This document shows positions 60,789 through 64,000 of a stretch of DNA of 64,000 nucleotides, piece after piece; position 1 is the first letter of the stretch; every line of letters begins with the position of its first letter. The stretch comes from Candidatus Freyarchaeum deiterrae (GTDB taxonomy: Archaea > Asgardarchaeota > Jordiarchaeia > Jordiarchaeales > Jordiarchaeaceae): the NCBI GenBank assembly GCA_037305845.1, contig CP147778.1:544001-608000 (forward strand), written 5' to 3'. The position numbers were made by a program, and so were the translations under genes. Under the pieces are notes generated by a model that saw only the letters and a list, made by a program, of their open reading frames with translations, searched no databases and had not been told where the DNA came from.

Positions 60789-62786
60789 ATGCGTCGTTTC
60801 AATAGTGACGATTATCATGTCTTTTTGGAGGTGCCCAGAATAAAAGAACTAATTAGTAGAGAAAAGGGCAAAAAAGTGGTAATGCTTGGAAACGAAGCTA
60901 TGGCTAGAGGAGCGCTGGAAGCTGGAATTGGATTCGCAAGCACTTATCCAGGAACACCAGCAAGCGAAGTCGGAGACAGCCTCGCCGAAATAGCTCAAGA
61001 TTTACCAGGACTAACATTCCAGTACTCGACCAATGAATATGTAGCGCTGGAAACCGCAATCGGAGCCAGCTGGTCTGGGGTTCGATCACTCTGCACCATG
61101 AAGATGGTCGGAATGAACGTCGCAGCCGACCCCCTGTTTACACTGGCATACAGCGGTGTCGTCGGAGGCCTCGTTATAATTAACGGTGGAGACCCCAGTG
61201 CATCATCCAGCACGAATGAACAGGACAACAGATACTATGGATTGCACGCCCGCATTCCGGTTGTGGAACCATCAAGTACACAGGAGAGCAAGGACTTTTT
61301 GGTTGAGTCTTTTAACATATCTGAAAAGTATGATGTACCAGTAATCGTGAACAGTACTGCTAGGGCCAGTCATGCGGTAGGGGTTGTGGAACTCGGAGAA
61401 CTTAAGGACCCGCCGAAGGAGGGATACTTCAAGAAAAACTGGGCAAAATACTACAACGCCCAAGTGCTGACAGTAATGAACCATCAAAAACTACTTAGAA
61501 ACCAGGAAAAAATGATACAGGAATACGCCCCGGTCACAAAGCTGAATAGAATACTTCCTGGAGATTCTAAAACGGGGGTAATAACCTCAGGAATGTCTTA
61601 TGACTACACACTGGAAGCCTTAGACATTCTTGGAATTTACGATGTGCCCATCCTTAAACTCGGATTAGTTTATCCTCTCTCACCTAAACAGATCACGGAT
61701 TTTGCTTCAAATCTAGAACAGATTATTGTAATGGAGGAATTGGATCCCTTCCTTGAAGGAGAAGTCAAAAAGATAGCTTATGACCAAGGGCTGGAGATTC
61801 CGATTAAAGGTAAGGAACTCTTCCCAGCGGCAGGAGAGCTGAATACGGAAATAGCGATGCAGGCCTATGCTAAGACGTTTGCCAAAGTACTACCCATAAA
61901 TATGGACGAACTAAACTTGAAAGTGTTTGGAGCAGCAATGATACTCCCTATGAGGCCCCCAGGCATGTGCCCGGGCTGTCCGCACAGAGCCACGTACTAT
62001 GCTCTCAAAAAGGCGGTTCAAGATAAAGGATATGACATAATATGGGCTAATGATATAGGTTGCTATGCAACAGGCGCTTTGCCCCCATTCCAGATGGGTG
62101 ATTTGATGACCTGCATGTCTGCTGGTGAGAGTATTGCTTCGGGTATGAGTTATAAGACCAAGAAGCAGAAGACTGTGGCTTTCATTGGTGATTCAACCTT
62201 CATGCATACAGGTATGCCGGGACTTTTGAACGCGGTCTGGAATGATGCGGATTTACTCCTGGTTATCATGGATAACAGGTGGACGGCTATGACCGGTCAC
62301 CAGCCTACTCCCGAAACTGGTATTAACTGGTCGGGCAAGAAATCCAAGTCTGTGAATATTAAGGACATCGTTAGTGCTCTCGGTGTTGACTATGTACGTA
62401 CGGCTGATCCGTTTAATGTTAAGAATACAATTGCGATGTTCGAGGAAGCTATGAAGAAGACAGGTGTACGAGTAGTTATTTCTCAGCAGGAATGTATTCT
62501 AGAGTCTAGACGGCGTAGCAGGACTGCTATTGAAGAACTTAAGGAGAAGGGTGTTAAGCAGTACATCGATGTTAATGAAGATGCCTGCATCTTCTGTGAG
62601 GAGTGCGTCAAGGAGTTCGGCTGCCCAGCGATGACAGTTACAGAGTTTGAGGGAGAAAAAGTTTCCCACATTGACATGTCCAGGTGTGTGGAATGCATGG
62701 TATGTAAGCAAATCTGCAAGGGGTGCGCAATCAGCGTTACCAAGGTTTTCCCGGGTACAACTATTCTGGAGGAAAAGGGCAAATGA
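60789..62786 (+). CDS. iorA: Indolepyruvate:ferredoxin oxidoreductase alpha subunit; true start probably near 60831-60840
   Basis: MLGNEAMARGA, YPGTPASE, NEYVALE, MCPGCPHR, DIGCY, IGDSTF.H, TAMTGHQP, C-terminal 2x4Fe-4S. Confidence 0.94.
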   Translation: MRRFNSDDYHVFLEVPRIKELISREKGKKVVMLGNEAMARGALEAGIGFASTYPGTPASEVGDSLAEIAQDLPGLTFQYSTNEYVALETAIGASWSGVRSLCTMKMVGMNVAADPLFTLAYSGVVGGLVIINGGDPSASSSTNEQDNRYYGLHARIPVVEPSSTQESKDFLVESFNISEKYDVPVIVNSTARASHAVGVVELGELKDPPKEGYFKKNWAKYYNAQVLTVMNHQKLLRNQEKMIQEYAPVTKLNRILPGDSKTGVITSGMSYDYTLEALDILGIYDVPILKLGLVYPLSPKQITDFASNLEQIIVMEELDPFLEGEVKKIAYDQGLEIPIKGKELFPAAGELNTEIAMQAYAKTFAKVLPINMDELNLKVFGAAMILPMRPPGMCPGCPHRATYYALKKAVQDKGYDIIWANDIGCYATGALPPFQMGDLMTCMSAGESIASGMSYKTKKQKTVAFIGDSTFMHTGMPGLLNAVWNDADLLLVIMDNRWTAMTGHQPTPETGINWSGKKSKSVNIKDIVSALGVDYVRTADPFNVKNTIAMFEEAMKKTGVRVVISQQECILESRRRSRTAIEELKEKGVKQYIDVNEDACIFCEECVKEFGCPAMTVTEFEGEKVSHIDMSRCVECMVCKQICKGCAISVTKVFPGTTILEEKGK

Positions 62787-63427
62787 AAAAGGTAAACATT
62801 TACATCTGTGGTGTGGGCGGTCAGGGAACAATGACTCTGGGACTTCTTTTAAAGCAGGCTGGCGTTCTCGATAACATGATGGTTACCGGAACGGAGTCTC
62901 GGGGAGCTTCTCAACGAGAGGGTTCAGTGGACAGCCATGTGAGGTTCGCTATTCTCGACACCGGTGAAGAGTTTGATGAGCGTAAGTCCATTCACTCACC
63001 GCTCATTCCCACCCGCCAAGCTGACCTATATTTAAGCATGGAACAAGCTGAGACTCTGCGGAACATCAAGTACGTTTCCGAGGACGGTATCGTCATAATG
63101 AACAAGTATGAGATATGGCCCCCCACCGTGAGAACTGGTGACGCCCAGTACCCCACCCTTGAACAGACTTTGGAGAACGTGAAGAAGTTTAACAATAACG
63201 TATACGTGGTCAACGCTAACAAGTTGTCCGAGGAGAAATACGGAGACTATTCGGGAGTTAACATGATCTTTCTAGGCGTCGCTATGGCTACTGGAAAAAT
63301 TCCTGTAAAAATAGAAACCATTGAGAAAATTATTAGTGAACAGACGCGGAATCCAGAGAAGAACATCGAGCAGTTTAGACTCGGCCTCGAAGAAGGAAAA
63401 AAGATTATGTCCGCCGGAACCGCGTAA
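62783..63427 (+). CDS. iorB: Indolepyruvate:ferredoxin oxidoreductase beta subunit
   Basis: ATG 62783 overlaps the iorA TGA; GVGGQG, GASQREGSVDSHVR, NMIFLG. Confidence 0.92.
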   Translation: MKKVNIYICGVGGQGTMTLGLLLKQAGVLDNMMVTGTESRGASQREGSVDSHVRFAILDTGEEFDERKSIHSPLIPTRQADLYLSMEQAETLRNIKYVSEDGIVIMNKYEIWPPTVRTGDAQYPTLEQTLENVKKFNNNVYVVNANKLSEEKYGDYSGVNMIFLGVAMATGKIPVKIETIEKIISEQTRNPEKNIEQFRLGLEEGKKIMSAGTA

Positions 63428-63586
63428 CTCAATTTCTAAAAGTAAAAAGTTTACTGGGATATTATCCCACCCTCATTTTTTTAACGAACTGCGAAACTTG
63501 AATATTCTAATAATAAAGATTTAGTGGTTCTCTTTTTCATAGAAAATTAAAATTGAAATGCCGACAGAATAGTGTTCTTTTCGATT

Positions 63587-64000
63587 TTAAAGGGAGGAAC
63601 GGTAATCCGGCCTGAAACTTGTTTTTGTTAGGTTGGAGCTACCAGTGGCGATCAGGTTTCCTTCTATATCGTGTATTTCAGCCATTGCGTGTACAATTTT
63701 CCGTCCTTCGCGTACAATTTGTCCCTTAACCCGAACCTTCTCCCCTACTTTCACCTTTCCTAAATAGTCTACGTGAAAATCTATACTTATCAGAAATCCT
63801 TCGTATCCGAGGGTTGCGCATGTTACTCCAATGGTGTCATCCATTAGAGCGCACTGCATTCCGCCGTGTAAAAGTCCAGTGGGATTAGCCATCTCAGGGC
63901 GAACCACAAATTCAAATTCCATCTCTCCACGTTTGACGTTCATAATAGTTCCATTCAACCACTTTGTAAAGGGAGGAACCGGAAACTCTTGCGCTCCTCT
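63587..64000 (-). CDS. PaaI family thioesterase (5' end outside the window)
   Basis: MANPTGLLHGGMQCALMDDTIG, VDYL, GRKI; frame stays open to the window edge (RGAQEFPVPPFTKWLNG). Confidence 0.9.
   Translation of the reverse strand, partial: RGAQEFPVPPFTKWLNGTIMNVKRGEMEFEFVVRPEMANPTGLLHGGMQCALMDDTIGVTCATLGYEGFLISIDFHVDYLGKVKVGEKVRVKGQIVREGRKIVHAMAEIHDIEGNLIATGSSNLTKTSFRPDYRSSL

Noticed and set aside
1-64000. tRNA, rRNA, transposase or integrase genes
   Set aside because: None recognised by eye; a tRNAscan/Infernal run would be needed to exclude atypical RNAs.

Overview
This 64-kb window is archaeal chromosomal DNA. Evidence: TATA-type promoters, T-rich terminators, many TTG/GTG starts, and an archaeal ATP-dependent DNA ligase. 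It most likely comes from an Asgard archaeon; this is an inference from the Sec-type Prx-like gene, a longin-like membrane protein and a large expansion of beta-oxidation genes. Content: (1) lipid/acyl-CoA catabolism, with five acyl-CoA ligases (four in tandem), four crotonases, two 3-hydroxyacyl-CoA dehydrogenases, an acyl-CoA dehydrogenase, a Cys-less thiolase plus DUF35 partner, SCP2 proteins, a PaaI thioesterase and iorAB; (2) DNA repair, with uvrBAC, lig and a stand-alone long NurA-HerA pair beside toxin-antitoxin modules; (3) HEAT/TPR proteins and a large beta-helix surface protein; (4) several gene relics. The best hidden feature is a gene the ORF track breaks: a peroxiredoxin-like selenoprotein at 39576..39118 (minus strand) with an in-frame UGA in a U-P-Y-C redox motif. 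It is followed immediately by a 3' UTR structure containing the parts of a eukaryote-type SECIS (AUGA/GA core, 11-bp helix, AAA) in circularly permuted order. All calls rest on motif recognition and hand folding; no database searches or folding programs were run.
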